A stretch of 64,000 nucleotides of DNA from Planctomycetota bacterium (GTDB lineage: Bacteria > Planctomycetota > Phycisphaerae > Phycisphaerales > UBA5793). This document shows positions 9,593 to 19,497 of this stretch, piece by piece. The notes under the pieces were generated by a model. It was given only the letters and a program-made list of their open reading frames with translations. It was not told where the DNA came from and did no database searches. Position 1 is the first letter of the stretch; the number at the start of each line of letters is the position of its first letter. The position numbers and the translations under genes are program-made. The DNA lies in the NCBI GenBank assembly GCA_963205185.1, contig CAUJHZ010000018.1, positions 123,408 to 187,407 of the forward strand, given 5' to 3'.

Positions 9593-10537
9593 TCAGTTCA
9601 GGCCAAGCGCCTGGCACATGGCCGATCCCATGTCGGCCGGGCTGGCGGCAACCGTGACCCCATCCGACTTGAGCGACTTAATCTTGGCCGCGGCGGTGTC
9701 GTCCGCGCCGCCGATGATTGCGCCCGCGTGTCCCATGCGCTTGCCCTTGGGGGCGGTCTGGCCGGCGATGAACGCAGCAACCGGCTTGGTCATGTGCTTG
9801 CGGATCCAGTGGCCGGCCTCGGTCTCGTCGCTGCCGCCGATCTCGCCGATCATGAGGACGCCGTCGGTGTCGCTGTCATTGTTGAACAGACTCAGCAGCT
9901 CGATGAAGTTGAGCCCCTTGACCGGGTCGCCGCCGATGCCCACGCAGGTGCTTTGCCCGACGCCGCGGCTCGAGCACTGCCACACGGCTTCGTAGGTGAG
10001 CGTGCCCGAGCGCGAGATGATGCCCACGGCCTTGCCGGTCTTCGCGTCGGCGCGGTGCATGTGGATGTAGCCCGGCATGATGCCGATCTTGCAGCCACCG
10101 CTGAATTTGGCGCTGGCCCCCTCGCCGGAGACGCGCTTGCCCGGCGTGATGACGCCCGGGCAGTTGGGGCCGATGAGTTGTGAATTGGGATAGTCGCGCA
10201 GCAACGCCTTGGTGCGGATCATGTCTGCGGTGGCAATGCCCTCAGTAATGCAGCAGATGACGCGGATGCCGGCTGCGGCGGCCTCGATGACGGCGTCACC
10301 AGCAAACGGCGGAGGGACGAAGATCATGGTGGCGTCGGCGCCCGTGGCGGCGACGGCCTCGGCCACGGTGTTGAAGATCGGCAGGCCATTGGGGTCTTTT
10401 GTGCCGCCCTTGCCGGGCGTCACGCCGCCGACCATCCTGGTGCCATACGCGAGACTGCCCTTGGTGTGGGTGGCGCCGGCGGCGCCGGTGATTCCCTGGC
10501 AGATGACCTTGGTGTCACCGGAAACGAGGATGCTCAT
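9593..10537 (-). CDS. sucD: Succinate--CoA ligase (ADP-forming) subunit alpha
   Basis: End-to-end SucD similarity: [37 protein letters not shown], phosphohistidine loop [13 protein letters not shown] at 10537; the ORF-track start at 10675 is an extension. Confidence 0.95.
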   Translation of the reverse strand: MSILVSGDTKVICQGITGAAGATHTKGSLAYGTRMVGGVTPGKGGTKDPNGLPIFNTVAEAVAATGADATMIFVPPPFAGDAVIEAAAAGIRVICCITEGIATADMIRTKALLRDYPNSQLIGPNCPGVITPGKRVSGEGASAKFSGGCKIGIMPGYIHMHRADAKTGKAVGIISRSGTLTYEAVWQCSSRGVGQSTCVGIGGDPVKGLNFIELLSLFNNDSDTDGVLMIGEIGGSDETEAGHWIRKHMTKPVAAFIAGQTAPKGKRMGHAGAIIGGADDTAAAKIKSLKSDGVTVAASPADMGSAMCQALGLN

Positions 10538-10756
10538 GATCGCGCTTTCGCTGCTGGTAGGGAAGTGCGGATCCCGCGACGCGCGGCAAGTGGTTGCGGC
10601 GCAGCGCGCTGACACAAGTTGTGAGGATATCGCAGACCCGCAAAACTTCCAACGTGCCGCCTGCCGACTCGGCAAAATGCTGTCTTGACCCGTGTCCCCG
10701 GCCCTGCATGATTGCCGTGGACGAGCACTTCATCGATTCCCAGCAGGAGCAGGCGC

Positions 10757-11548
10757 ATGCACTTTACCCAGCCGCTGTTCACCCTTATCGCCGCGTTCGC
10801 CGTTTCGATCGCGGCCGCCTGGGCGGATGCGAGCATCGAGACGCGCGAGATCACCTACACCGACGGTGAGGTGGAACTGCAGGGCTACTTCGCATGGGAC
10901 GATTCCATCTCCCGGCCCCGCGCGGCGGTGCTGATCGTCCACGCCTGGTGGGGACTGGGCGAAGATGAAAAGGCCCGGGCCCGCGAACTGGCCGGGCTGG
11001 GGTATGCGGCCTTCGCTCTGGACATGTACGGCAAGGGCAAGATCACGAGCGACCCGAATGAAGCCGGGCAGTGGGCCGGTCCATTCTACGAAGACCGCGA
11101 TCTGGCGCGCAGCCGCTCCGCCGCCGGGCTCAAGGTCCTCACGGAGCAGCCCGAAGTCGATCCGGATCAAGTCGCCGCCATCGGCTACTGCTTCGGCGGC
11201 ACGATCGTCGTCGAAATGGCCTACAGCGGAGCCGATCTCGCCGGCGTCGTGAGTTTCCATGGCAATCCGCTGCCAGCGCAGGAAGGTGATGCCGCTCGCA
11301 CGCTGGCGCCGCTGCTCATCCTCCACGGCGCTGCCGATACGCTGGTGCCGATGGAGGACATCCGCCGGTTCACCGAGGCGCTCAAGGACACCAATGTGGA
11401 CTGGCAGCTCGTTGTTTACAGCGGCGCCAAGCATGCATTTACCACGCGGAGCGTGGATGCAATGAACATTCCCGGCGCCGCCTACGACCCCGCGGCGGAT
11501 CAGCGCTCGTGGAAGCAGATGCGGATGTTTTTCGATGAGGTCTTCTGA
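10757..11548 (+). CDS. Dienelactone hydrolase family protein (exported)
   Basis: AGGAG lies 7 nt upstream of ATG 10757. Signal peptide present. Blocks LIVHAWWGLG, nucleophile elbow GYCFGG, and LILHGAAD...H. Confidence 0.85.
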   Translation: MHFTQPLFTLIAAFAVSIAAAWADASIETREITYTDGEVELQGYFAWDDSISRPRAAVLIVHAWWGLGEDEKARARELAGLGYAAFALDMYGKGKITSDPNEAGQWAGPFYEDRDLARSRSAAGLKVLTEQPEVDPDQVAAIGYCFGGTIVVEMAYSGADLAGVVSFHGNPLPAQEGDAARTLAPLLILHGAADTLVPMEDIRRFTEALKDTNVDWQLVVYSGAKHAFTTRSVDAMNIPGAAYDPAADQRSWKQMRMFFDEVF

Positions 11549-11668
11549 CCGCAGCCGGCGCGGCAAGAGTCGATTCATCGCTGGCTGGCGATGGTGAATT
11601 TGGCCCGCAGCGCGGCTACGGTTTGACCCCGCACGGATGCGTGGTGCACGGTGGGAGAAGGACGGATC

Positions 11669-12130
11669 ATGTCGATGAATCTCGCGCAGCGAACGAGCGA
11701 AACGGGCCCGGGCAGCCGCTATGGCTCGGAGACTCTCACGCACGGCATTCGCGTGCGCGTCGTGCCGGCGTTCATGCCGGGCCATTCATCGCGACTGGAC
11801 CGCAAGTTCGTCTTCGCCTATCGCATCTGCATCACCAACGAAGGCGCCAGCCGCGTGCGCCTCTCGTCGCGGCACTGGATCATCGTGGACGCGACGGGCC
11901 GCATGGAAGAAGTGCACGGCGAAGGCGTGGTGGGCCAGCAGCCGGTGCTCGATCCCGGCGAGTCATTCGAATACGCCAGCCACTGCCTGCTCAAGACAGA
12001 CTGGGGCACGATGGAAGGCACCTACCGCATGCAGCCCGAGGGCGGCAAGGCGTTCGACGTCACCATCGGCCGCTTCTACCTCGTCGCCCGCGCGCCCGAA
12101 CCGGCGAAATCGAAAAGCGAAGCTGAATAG
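11669..12130 (+). CDS. apaG: ApaG (DUF525) domain protein
   Basis: Strong ApaG signature FVFAYRICITNEG...RHWIIVDATGRMEEVHGEGVVGQQPVLDPGESFEYAS. Start uncertain (GTG 11651 or ATG 11669). Confidence 0.85.
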   Translation: MSMNLAQRTSETGPGSRYGSETLTHGIRVRVVPAFMPGHSSRLDRKFVFAYRICITNEGASRVRLSSRHWIIVDATGRMEEVHGEGVVGQQPVLDPGESFEYASHCLLKTDWGTMEGTYRMQPEGGKAFDVTIGRFYLVARAPEPAKSKSEAE

Positions 12131-12187
12131 GGTCGCGCCGCTGCGATGAGTCTCATCGCCGCGTTGCGTGGCCAGTTGCGGCCCGGC

Positions 12188-13222
12188 TCACTTCTGCTTC
12201 TCCGCCCATTCGATCAGGCGCACAAAGCTCGTGCCTCGGGCGTCGATGATCGACTCGTTCGTCACGCCGGCGTCGCGGAACATCTGGATGATGGTCTGCA
12301 ACTGCTCATGCGGCCGCGGCGGCCCTTCTTCCGAGAGCGCGAGGTAGGCGACCGGGCTCAAGCCGTTGCTTGCCTGCCTGAGCGGATCGGCTCCGGCGCC
12401 GAGCAGCCATTCGATCACCCACGGATCAGCGTACAGCATCGCGTTGTGCAGCGGCGTGTGACCCGCCTGGTCGGCGGCATTCACTTTGCAACCGGCCTTG
12501 AGCAGCGCGTCGAAAGCCGCCACCAAATCGTCGGCGCCTTCGGCGCTGCGCGGCATCGGAAAGATCGGAACATAGGCGAGCACGCTCGCGCCGGAATCAT
12601 CGACGGCCTGCGCATCGGCGCCGTGCCCGAGCAGCCACGCGACGAGTTCGGCATCGTGCTGCATCGCGGCCACGTGCAGAGCCGTGCGGCCGACGGGTCC
12701 GGGCGCGTTGACATTCGCACCGTGCTCGGCGAGCGATTCGATCACATCGCGCTGCCGCGCGGCGACGGCTTCGACCAGGGCCGTGCTGCCGTGCTCCTCC
12801 CGTGCTGCAAGATTGACGCCGGGCTGCTCGATGAGCAGCAGCGCGGCTTGCGTCTGCTCGGCCTGGATGGCGGCGATGAGCGGCGTATTGCCCTGCGGTC
12901 CGGGCGCGTTGATGTCCGCGCCCGCCGCAAGCAGCACCTTGATCGTCTCGGGCTGGCCCGACGACGCGGCGGCGACGAGCGGCGTCCTGCCGGTCGCATC
13001 GGCGGCGTTCACATCGCTGCCTGCGGCGAGATGCGCCTGAACTGCGGCGGAGTCGCGCGTGACGATGGCATCGACCAGCGACACGGTGGGCGGAGCCGAA
13101 GCACGCTTGCACGCGGAGAAGAGCAGGCAGGAACTGAGAGCCGCCACGGCGGCGAGCCACCGCAATCCGCAGAACCCGCCGCCAGTGAGTCGCTCCCGCC
13201 GGAATGTATATGGATCAATCAC
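12188..13222 (-). CDS. Ankyrin-repeat lipoprotein
   Basis: Multiple ANK repeats (GRTPLVAAASSG, GNTPLIAAIQ, GRTALHVAAMQHD, GHTPLHNAMLY). GTG at 13222 gives a lipoprotein-type signal ending LLFSAC. The ORF-track start at 13336 would run into the upstream terminator. Confidence 0.8.
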   Translation of the reverse strand: MIDPYTFRRERLTGGGFCGLRWLAAVAALSSCLLFSACKRASAPPTVSLVDAIVTRDSAAVQAHLAAGSDVNAADATGRTPLVAAASSGQPETIKVLLAAGADINAPGPQGNTPLIAAIQAEQTQAALLLIEQPGVNLAAREEHGSTALVEAVAARQRDVIESLAEHGANVNAPGPVGRTALHVAAMQHDAELVAWLLGHGADAQAVDDSGASVLAYVPIFPMPRSAEGADDLVAAFDALLKAGCKVNAADQAGHTPLHNAMLYADPWVIEWLLGAGADPLRQASNGLSPVAYLALSEEGPPRPHEQLQTIIQMFRDAGVTNESIIDARGTSFVRLIEWAEKQK

Positions 13223-13334
13223 GGCAAACTCTGAAGCAACAGGACAGCCCGCACGGCCGTTGCCATGGCCGATTGTACGGCGACGCCGGCCCCGGGCGAT
13301 CGTTGCCGTACCGAGCGTTTCGCGCAATCGAAGC

Positions 13335-13366
13335 AAAAGAGGCCCCGCACCTGTCGGTGCGGGGCC
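13335..13366 (-). terminator. Rho-independent terminator of the LVIVD gene
   Basis: Perfect 11-bp stem GGCCCCGCACC (13341-13351) / GGTGCGGGGCC (13356-13366). On the minus strand it is followed by TCTTTTGCTT. Lies 28 nt after the stop. Confidence 0.7.
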
Positions 13367-13393
13367 CCTGCGTCACTCAGGAGAACGCGGAGA

Positions 13394-15688
13394 TCAGTTG
13401 GGCGCCTGGACGACGTTGCTGGTTTCGCAGTTGGGCACCTGGACGAGCTGGAAGTAGCCGCCGCACGCGCCGTTGGGCAGTGTGGCGTTGAAGTTGCCCG
13501 CGCCGGCGCCGGAGTTGAACTGCCGGGCGATCTGCAGCTGGTTGGCGCCCAGGCCGAGCATGGTGCCGGCGCACGGCCCGCCGGACACGACGAACGAGCC
13601 GGTGTTGCGGGCGAAGACGAGTGCGAGGCTGACATTCGGATCGGCGTTGGTCCAGCCGAAGAGGCCACCACCCTGGTCGCGGCAGGTGCCCGTGAGCGTG
13701 AGGGTGAGGCCGCCGCCCGCGCCGCAGTCCACGGAGATCAGTTTGAACGCGTCGATGCCGGCTTCGGTCACCGAGTTGTTGGGATTGTCCGATGAACTGA
13801 AGCGGAAGCGCATCTGGCTGGTGAGCGGGAGATAGTCGGTGATGGTCAGCGTCTCGGTGCGCCATCCCGGCTCGTGGCCGAGGCTGCGCATGACGGTCCA
13901 GTTGCTGCCGCCGTTGTTGGACACTTCGGTAACGAGGAAATCATCGCCGTCGTCGTTGTAGAACCAGCGGTCGTAGACGAGCAGGACGCTGGACTCGCCG
14001 CTGAGATCGAAGAGAGGCGAGGTGAGGGTCGTCGGCCCGCCGTCGAGATCCTGGTTGTTGCCCAGGCCGGTGACCCAGCAGCTGCCCGAGCCGTCAGAGT
14101 CGGTCGTCGGATCGCCGCGACCGCCATTGCCGGCCGGCACGCCGCGCGCCCAGGCGCCGTCGGTGACGCTCTGGTTGACCACCGTCCAGCCGTTGTTGGT
14201 TTCGAAGTTGTCGCTGACGAGCGTGTTGAGCGCGTTGGCGCTGAAAGCCGTGTAGGTTTCGGTAGGCGCGCCCGTGGGATCGTTGACGACCTGACCGCGC
14301 GTGGTTTCAGCGCTGACGTAGAACTGCACCATGCTGCCGCAGGGCGAGGCGGGGAACGTGGCCTGATACGAGTTGGGGCCAAGGATGCCCATGGGGATGT
14401 CCACCCAGCCGCTGCCGTCGTTGAAGTGCAGTACGCCAGTGTCAGGCCGCGGGTCCGAGCCGCGGCTCGAGACGTCCACGCGCATCGTGGTGCCGCCACT
14501 GGGCCGGATCATCTCGGGCACGCCATCGGGATACGTGAAGGTCAGGCTGGCCTGCGAGGCGGTGACGTCGACGATGAACAGCCCGCGGGTGATGTCGCTG
14601 ATGATGACTGTGCCGCTGGGGAAGTAGGGGTACGTGCTCCAGGCGCCGTCGAACCCGGCGCCGTCGTCGCCCGGATATGTGTCGAACCAGCCGGTCTGCA
14701 CGACGTCGAGCGGGTCGGTGGCGTCGAAGATGCGCAGGCCACTGCGGTAATTGGCTTCAAAGACGAAGTTGCCGTTCACGTAGAGATTGTGATCGATCGC
14801 CGGCCGGCCCGAAGTGAACGTCGTCACGAGCGTGGGGTTGGTGATATCGCTCACATCAAAGACGCGCGTGAGCGTGGTGTTCGTATAGCCGTTCTGCTCG
14901 TCGAGTTCATCGTTGAGGAAGAAGTAGTTCCGATCTTCGCTGAGCCAGCCCTGGTGGCAGTAGTTCAGGCCGGGGTAGATGTTGCGACCGACGCGGAACA
15001 TGTTGGACTTGTCGGTGACATCCACAATGTCAAACGCGGTCTGGCCGTTGGAGCAGTAAGCGATCTGCCGGCCGGCGTACGGGCCCGAGTCGAACGTGAC
15101 GACCTGTACGTCGTGGCAGTAGGGGCCGCTGAACGTCCCCGCAAGAACGGGGTTGGATGGATCCGCGAGATCGAAGACGACCAGACTGCCGCTGTTGATG
15201 TTGGCGCCGCAGAGATAGAGGAAACCGCTCACCTCGTCCACATGGACATTGTGAGTGCGTGAGAGGCCGTTGTTGGTCAGGCTGCGCACCAGCGTGACGT
15301 TGCCGTTGTCCACGTCGGCGAGGCTGATGACCTGGATGCCGCCACCCTCCTCGTTGCTGACATAGCAGTGGTCGCGATAGACCTTGACGTCACCCCAGAG
15401 GCTGCCGGTGTGAGGGATCTCGGCGACCAGCACGGGGTTGACCGGGTCGGTGATCTCGACGACGGCCAGAGCCGCGCGCAGGCCCATGAGGGCATACTCG
15501 CGTCCCGAAGGCGAGACGTAGCCCCAGCAGTCGTTCCCTGACGAAGGATTGCTCGGGAAAGAAGATAAGGGCATGAACTTGAGCAGCGAGACGTTCTGCG
15601 AGTCAAACTGGGCAAGCGCGGGAGTTCCCGCGATCGCGGCAGCCACCCCGAGCACCGCCACGACATGGCGAACAAACGACCTGAACAT
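13394..15688 (-). CDS. Secreted LVIVD-repeat / choice-of-anchor-B-like beta-propeller protein with MAM-like domain and Cys-rich C-terminal module
   Basis: GGAGG lies 6 nt upstream of ATG 15688. Signal peptide ...AGTPALAQ. N-terminal block NDCWGYVSPSGREYALMG...VVEITDPVNPVLV is typical of LVIVD/choice-of-anchor B. Central MAM-like block (SDNFE...GW...DAFKLISVDC). Confidence 0.85.
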   Translation of the reverse strand: MFRSFVRHVVAVLGVAAAIAGTPALAQFDSQNVSLLKFMPLSSFPSNPSSGNDCWGYVSPSGREYALMGLRAALAVVEITDPVNPVLVAEIPHTGSLWGDVKVYRDHCYVSNEEGGGIQVISLADVDNGNVTLVRSLTNNGLSRTHNVHVDEVSGFLYLCGANINSGSLVVFDLADPSNPVLAGTFSGPYCHDVQVVTFDSGPYAGRQIAYCSNGQTAFDIVDVTDKSNMFRVGRNIYPGLNYCHQGWLSEDRNYFFLNDELDEQNGYTNTTLTRVFDVSDITNPTLVTTFTSGRPAIDHNLYVNGNFVFEANYRSGLRIFDATDPLDVVQTGWFDTYPGDDGAGFDGAWSTYPYFPSGTVIISDITRGLFIVDVTASQASLTFTYPDGVPEMIRPSGGTTMRVDVSSRGSDPRPDTGVLHFNDGSGWVDIPMGILGPNSYQATFPASPCGSMVQFYVSAETTRGQVVNDPTGAPTETYTAFSANALNTLVSDNFETNNGWTVVNQSVTDGAWARGVPAGNGGRGDPTTDSDGSGSCWVTGLGNNQDLDGGPTTLTSPLFDLSGESSVLLVYDRWFYNDDGDDFLVTEVSNNGGSNWTVMRSLGHEPGWRTETLTITDYLPLTSQMRFRFSSSDNPNNSVTEAGIDAFKLISVDCGAGGGLTLTLTGTCRDQGGGLFGWTNADPNVSLALVFARNTGSFVVSGGPCAGTMLGLGANQLQIARQFNSGAGAGNFNATLPNGACGGYFQLVQVPNCETSNVVQAPN
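13397..13708 (-). other. Recurrent C-terminal domain copy 4 (4-Cys type)
   Basis: Last 104 aa, LTLTLTGTCRDQ...ALVFARNTG...GGPCAGTMLGLG...ACGGYFQLVQVPNCETSNVVQAPN. Confidence 0.6.
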
Positions 15689-15849
15689 GCTGATCCTCCG
15701 AGTCAATGAGGCGCCCATCTTGTGAGGCTGGCGGGATGAACGATCCGCCGGCCCCGCCACGCGTGGGTCGGCCGGCGTCCGCTTCCAAGTTCAACCACGC
15801 CACGAAAAGTAGAACCGGGCCAGGTCCAAATACATTCCCAACAAAGGCC

Positions 15850-16641
15850 CTACGGCAGAATAGCCGTTGAAATCGTATTGGATTTCACGGAATCCGCTCC
15901 GTCGACGCCGCGCCGAATGACCGCCTGAAGGACGAGTTCGCGCGAGGGGGCGTTGGCGGGGATCGTCACCGTCATCGCGGCGTGACCCTGTTGGTTGGAC
16001 ACCGCACTTCCGATGACGTTGACCGGCGTGAGAATGTCGAGCGTCATGCCGCCGAGGTTGGGAATCGAGGGTCCGGCGCCCAGGCCGCTCATGCTGTAGA
16101 GGAAGTAGACGCGCTCGTTGGCTTCGGCGTGGAGGAGGTCAAAGGTGGCCCGCTGGCCGCGCGCCAGGGCCGTGGTGCTCAGCCGGGGGACGACCGTGCT
16201 CTGGCTGCGAATCTCGCCGGCCTCGAACTGCACGGTGTGGACGTTCACATACGCGCCTTCACTGAGGATGTCATCCTCGTACATCTCGTCGATGAGGATC
16301 CCCGTCGCAACGCGGCGGAGCCCATTGCCGTCGGGCATGAACATGTGGCCGTGCCCGAGGTGCGCGATCATGTCGCCGTAGAAGCCTTCCCGGCCCTGAT
16401 GGATGTGAGCGTAGAGCAGATTCTCGTGCATGAAACCTTCGATGTAGAGATCGATGTCGAGCAGGTTGGTCACATCATCGTATTTCATGATGCAATGGCC
16501 GGTGCCCTGGCTGCCGGTGGGCGGGTTGTGCTGATCGCCGGTCAGATAGGTGTCGAAGTACCAGACATCGGCGCTCGCCGCCGCCGTGCACTTCGCCGCG
16601 CCGAGCGCGGCCACCGTCAACATCTTCATCACGCCTTTCAT
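15850..16641 (-). CDS. Secreted CHRD-domain protein with C-terminal module
   Basis: GAGGAG lies 6 nt upstream of ATG 16641. Signal peptide present. CHRD-type block GTGHCIMKYD...LYAHIHQGREGFYG. Confidence 0.8.
   Translation of the reverse strand: MKGVMKMLTVAALGAAKCTAAASADVWYFDTYLTGDQHNPPTGSQGTGHCIMKYDDVTNLLDIDLYIEGFMHENLLYAHIHQGREGFYGDMIAHLGHGHMFMPDGNGLRRVATGILIDEMYEDDILSEGAYVNVHTVQFEAGEIRSQSTVVPRLSTTALARGQRATFDLLHAEANERVYFLYSMSGLGAGPSIPNLGGMTLDILTPVNVIGSAVSNQQGHAAMTVTIPANAPSRELVLQAVIRRGVDGADSVKSNTISTAILP
15853..16182 (-). other. Recurrent C-terminal domain copy 5 (Cys-free type)
   Basis: Last 110 aa, LSTTALARGQRATFDL...RVYFLYSMSG...LDIL...SNQQGHA...LVLQAV...KSNTISTAILP. Confidence 0.55.
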
Positions 16642-16726
16642 TGCCAACTCCTCTTGAGCCTTGCTCAACTCTGCTTGACTGAATTGCAACTCGCCACTAT
16701 CGACCGCGCTCGCGCGGCTTGAATCG

Positions 16727-18091
16727 TCAGAAGAAAGTCCAGATCAGAATGCTGCTCAACTCGCACGATCCAGCCTCGATCGCCTGGAAGAGCACGCCGC
16801 GATTGCGCGCGGCACGCGGCACCATGACGTCGAACAGGGCGTGCCCGGTCTCATCCGCGCGGATGCTCCGCATCAGCGTGGGAGAGCGGATGCCGAAGTT
16901 CACGCCCGAGCAGCCGGGAACGGGCGTCGTGCCGTACTGGAAGCCGTAGATCACGTGCACCATCGCCAACGGCAAGGCGCCGGCCACGTCGAAGGTGTTG
17001 ATTTCTCCCGCTCGCCCCGGGATCGGATTGGCCAGGCCGAGTTTGGGAACCAGAAGGAAGGCGTGCGTCTGGCCCGCGGTTGTCCGGCCGGTGCCGCAGA
17101 TGTGACCCGAATCGCTGATGCCCGTGGCGGTGCTGAGCGTGTCCCAGCCTGAAAGCGGCGGCAGCAGGGTGTTGATGTTCTGAATCGTCCGGCCCGGTTT
17201 CCAGAGAACCGCCTGATACTCACCTGCGGCCGGCAGGAAGGCCTCGCCCACTGCCTCGCGCAGGATGTTGACAGAGAAAGCGCGGGCGTCTCCGCCGACG
17301 GGAAAGGCGCCCAGATCGGTCATGACGTTGCTTTCCCACATGAACGGGTGCACGACTTCGTCGCCCGTGTCGCTGAAGCCCACGACCACGCCATTGCGAT
17401 TGCTGGAAGTGGCCTCGGCGTGCAGGCCACCGAGCGTGCCGATCTCGTGGATCTGATCGTTCGACCAGTACACGGCAAGGCGATTGCCCTCGCCATCTTC
17501 GGACCAGCCGGTGATCAGTCCGGAGTGGTCGATGTGCAGCGCGGCGCTGGCGGCGTGGCCCGGCAGGGCGCCGAGGTTGGTCATCACGTTGTCACGCCAG
17601 ACAAACGCCCGCCACTGGCCATCGCCGAGTTGCGATGTGCCGACGGCGTGGCGCGAGTCATTCATGCTGTAGGCGCGGGCGCTGTCGCCTCCCAGGGTGC
17701 CCAGGTCCATTCGCTGCCCGCTGCTCCAGGCAAAGGCCCTCGAATTCAGCCCGTCGGCGGTTTCCATCCGGCCAACGACCTGGCGCGTGATGTTGAGTCC
17801 GTGGGCGTAGCTCTCATCGAAGCCCGGCAGCAGGCCGAGATCGGTCATGTGGCCGTCCACCCAGAGAAAGGCGTGCCAGTCGCCGTTGGCGGTCTGGGCG
17901 GCGCCCACGACCTCGTTGTTCTTGTTGATGCCCAGAGCGATGCTCTTCTCGCCGCCCAGCGTGCCCAGGTCGAGCCCGATATAGCCCGGATCATGGCGAG
18001 CATCCGCAGGCGCGGCAGCAGCGACCAGCGCGGCCGATACGGCAACAACTCGAAACCGAAGCAGGTTTTTCAAAGAAGAAACTGTGCGCAT
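16727..18091 (-). CDS. Secreted HAF-family repeat protein with C-terminal module
   Basis: Signal peptide present. About seven repeats of the HAF type (LGTLGG..S.A.GIN..G.VVG...HAF.W). Confidence 0.8.
   Translation of the reverse strand: MRTVSSLKNLLRFRVVAVSAALVAAAAPADARHDPGYIGLDLGTLGGEKSIALGINKNNEVVGAAQTANGDWHAFLWVDGHMTDLGLLPGFDESYAHGLNITRQVVGRMETADGLNSRAFAWSSGQRMDLGTLGGDSARAYSMNDSRHAVGTSQLGDGQWRAFVWRDNVMTNLGALPGHAASAALHIDHSGLITGWSEDGEGNRLAVYWSNDQIHEIGTLGGLHAEATSSNRNGVVVGFSDTGDEVVHPFMWESNVMTDLGAFPVGGDARAFSVNILREAVGEAFLPAAGEYQAVLWKPGRTIQNINTLLPPLSGWDTLSTATGISDSGHICGTGRTTAGQTHAFLLVPKLGLANPIPGRAGEINTFDVAGALPLAMVHVIYGFQYGTTPVPGCSGVNFGIRSPTLMRSIRADETGHALFDVMVPRAARNRGVLFQAIEAGSCELSSILIWTFF
16730..17041 (-). 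other. Recurrent C-terminal domain copy 6 (2-Cys intermediate)
   Basis: Last 104 aa, LGLANPIPGRAGEINTFDV...HVIYGF...PGCSGVNFGI...ADETGHA...VLFQAIEAGSCELSS... Confidence 0.5.
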
Positions 18092-18186
18092 ACAAATCCC
18101 CGTTGCCTAATCGAATGCCTGACGAAAATGTTCCCTGAAACGGCTCTCTGGAGCCCGGATTCGCCGCTTCACCGCTACTGCGGACC

Positions 18187-19497
18187 TTAACCCCGCCGAG
18201 GATTGCGCCCTGAAGCGCCCGGCGTCCGCCGGGGCGTCCGATCCGAGCGGTGGCCGGCGGGGTCGACTCGCGTGGAAGCCGGGCTAGAAGCGCCGGCCGG
18301 CCAGCCGTTCTCGTCGCCGCTGCTCTCGGACGTTTCCGTCGCCTGGTCGGACGATGCGGCGGGTTCGGGCTCCTCGGCCACGACGACCCCGTCGCCGATG
18401 CGGTCGCCGAAGATCATCCGCCCGGCGGAGGTCTGGATGGAACTGGTCACCGAGCACTCGACGCGGTGGCCGATCAGCTCTGCCGAATGCTCGACCACGA
18501 CCATGGTGCCGTCATCGAGATAGCCCACCCCCTGCGTCTTGCCTTCACCTCGCTTGACGATCTGGATCGACAGTCGCTCGCCGGGCACGGCGGCGGTCCG
18601 CACCGCGTTGGCCAGATCGTTGATGTTGAGGACCTTTACATCATCGATCGCGGCGACTTTGTTGAGGTTGAAATCGGTCGTGACGAGGTGCGCGCGGTAC
18701 TCGCGGGCGACTTCGAGCAGCATCTGATCCACGCCCATGCCCGGTACGTGGGCATCCACGACAGAGAGGTCGATGTGCGGATTGTTCTGAAGTTTGCGCA
18801 CCATGTCGAGGCCGCGCCGACCGCGGTTGCGCTTGAGTTTGTCGCTCGAGTCGCTGAGCGTCTGAAGTTCTTCGATGACAAAGCGGGGGATGATGACCGG
18901 CGCAAGCAGAAAGCCGGTCAGCCCCACGTCGAAGATGCGGCCGTCGATGATGGCGGACGTGTCGAGAATGAGCGGCCGCGTGCCGCGCAACTGCTTGCTG
19001 AACTCGACGTAGGGAATGACCAGGCGGAACTCGTCCTGGGTGCTGTAGACGACCGAGACGCCGAGATAGCACAGCGTGATGCCGAACGCGGCCTTGATTG
19101 CCACGAGGATGCGACTGCCCGCTTCGCCAGGCTGGAAGTCGTGCGCTTCGAGAAGGAGTTCGAGAATCCAACTGATGGCGACGGTCGCAAGCAGCCCGGC
19201 GATGAGGCCGAACAGCGCTCCGGTCATTCCGGAGAGCTTCTTGTGGGGCGTGAGGGCGTCGACCGTGATTGCAGCGCTGCCCAGGAAAAGGGCCACGAGC
19301 AGTGGCAGCCACCAGTACTGCACGAAGGTCGCCGTCGTCTCGTCGTCCGAGGAACCCGACCCGCCGCGCAGCAGGCTGAGCATCACAACCGTGACGAGCA
19401 TGATGAGAAACACGCCGCGGATGATGATGAGGGCGCGGACGCGACTGCGCTCGCTGTCTTCTTCCACGTTGACGGGAGTTCGGCTCCGCTCGGACAT
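18187..19497 (-). CDS. PIN and TRAM domain-containing integral membrane protein (YacL-like)
   Basis: Four N-terminal hydrophobic helices. PIN block LILDTSAIIDGRIFD. TRAM block GERLSIQIVKRGEGKTQGVGYLDDGTMVVVE. ATG at 19497. Confidence 0.85.
   Translation of the reverse strand: MSERSRTPVNVEEDSERSRVRALIIIRGVFLIMLVTVVMLSLLRGGSGSSDDETTATFVQYWWLPLLVALFLGSAAITVDALTPHKKLSGMTGALFGLIAGLLATVAISWILELLLEAHDFQPGEAGSRILVAIKAAFGITLCYLGVSVVYSTQDEFRLVIPYVEFSKQLRGTRPLILDTSAIIDGRIFDVGLTGFLLAPVIIPRFVIEELQTLSDSSDKLKRNRGRRGLDMVRKLQNNPHIDLSVVDAHVPGMGVDQMLLEVAREYRAHLVTTDFNLNKVAAIDDVKVLNINDLANAVRTAAVPGERLSIQIVKRGEGKTQGVGYLDDGTMVVVEHSAELIGHRVECSVTSSIQTSAGRMIFGDRIGDGVVVAEEPEPAASSDQATETSESSGDENGWPAGASSPASTRVDPAGHRSDRTPRRTPGASGRNPRRG

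Noticed and set aside
12143-12159. Palindrome GCGATGAG-T-CTCATCGC between convergent apaG and the ankyrin gene
   Set aside because: Short stem, minimal loop and no U tract on either strand. Not enough to call a terminator.
13874-15262. 462-aa plus-strand ORF
   Set aside because: Antisense to the LVIVD propeller gene. No signal, no motifs, biased composition.
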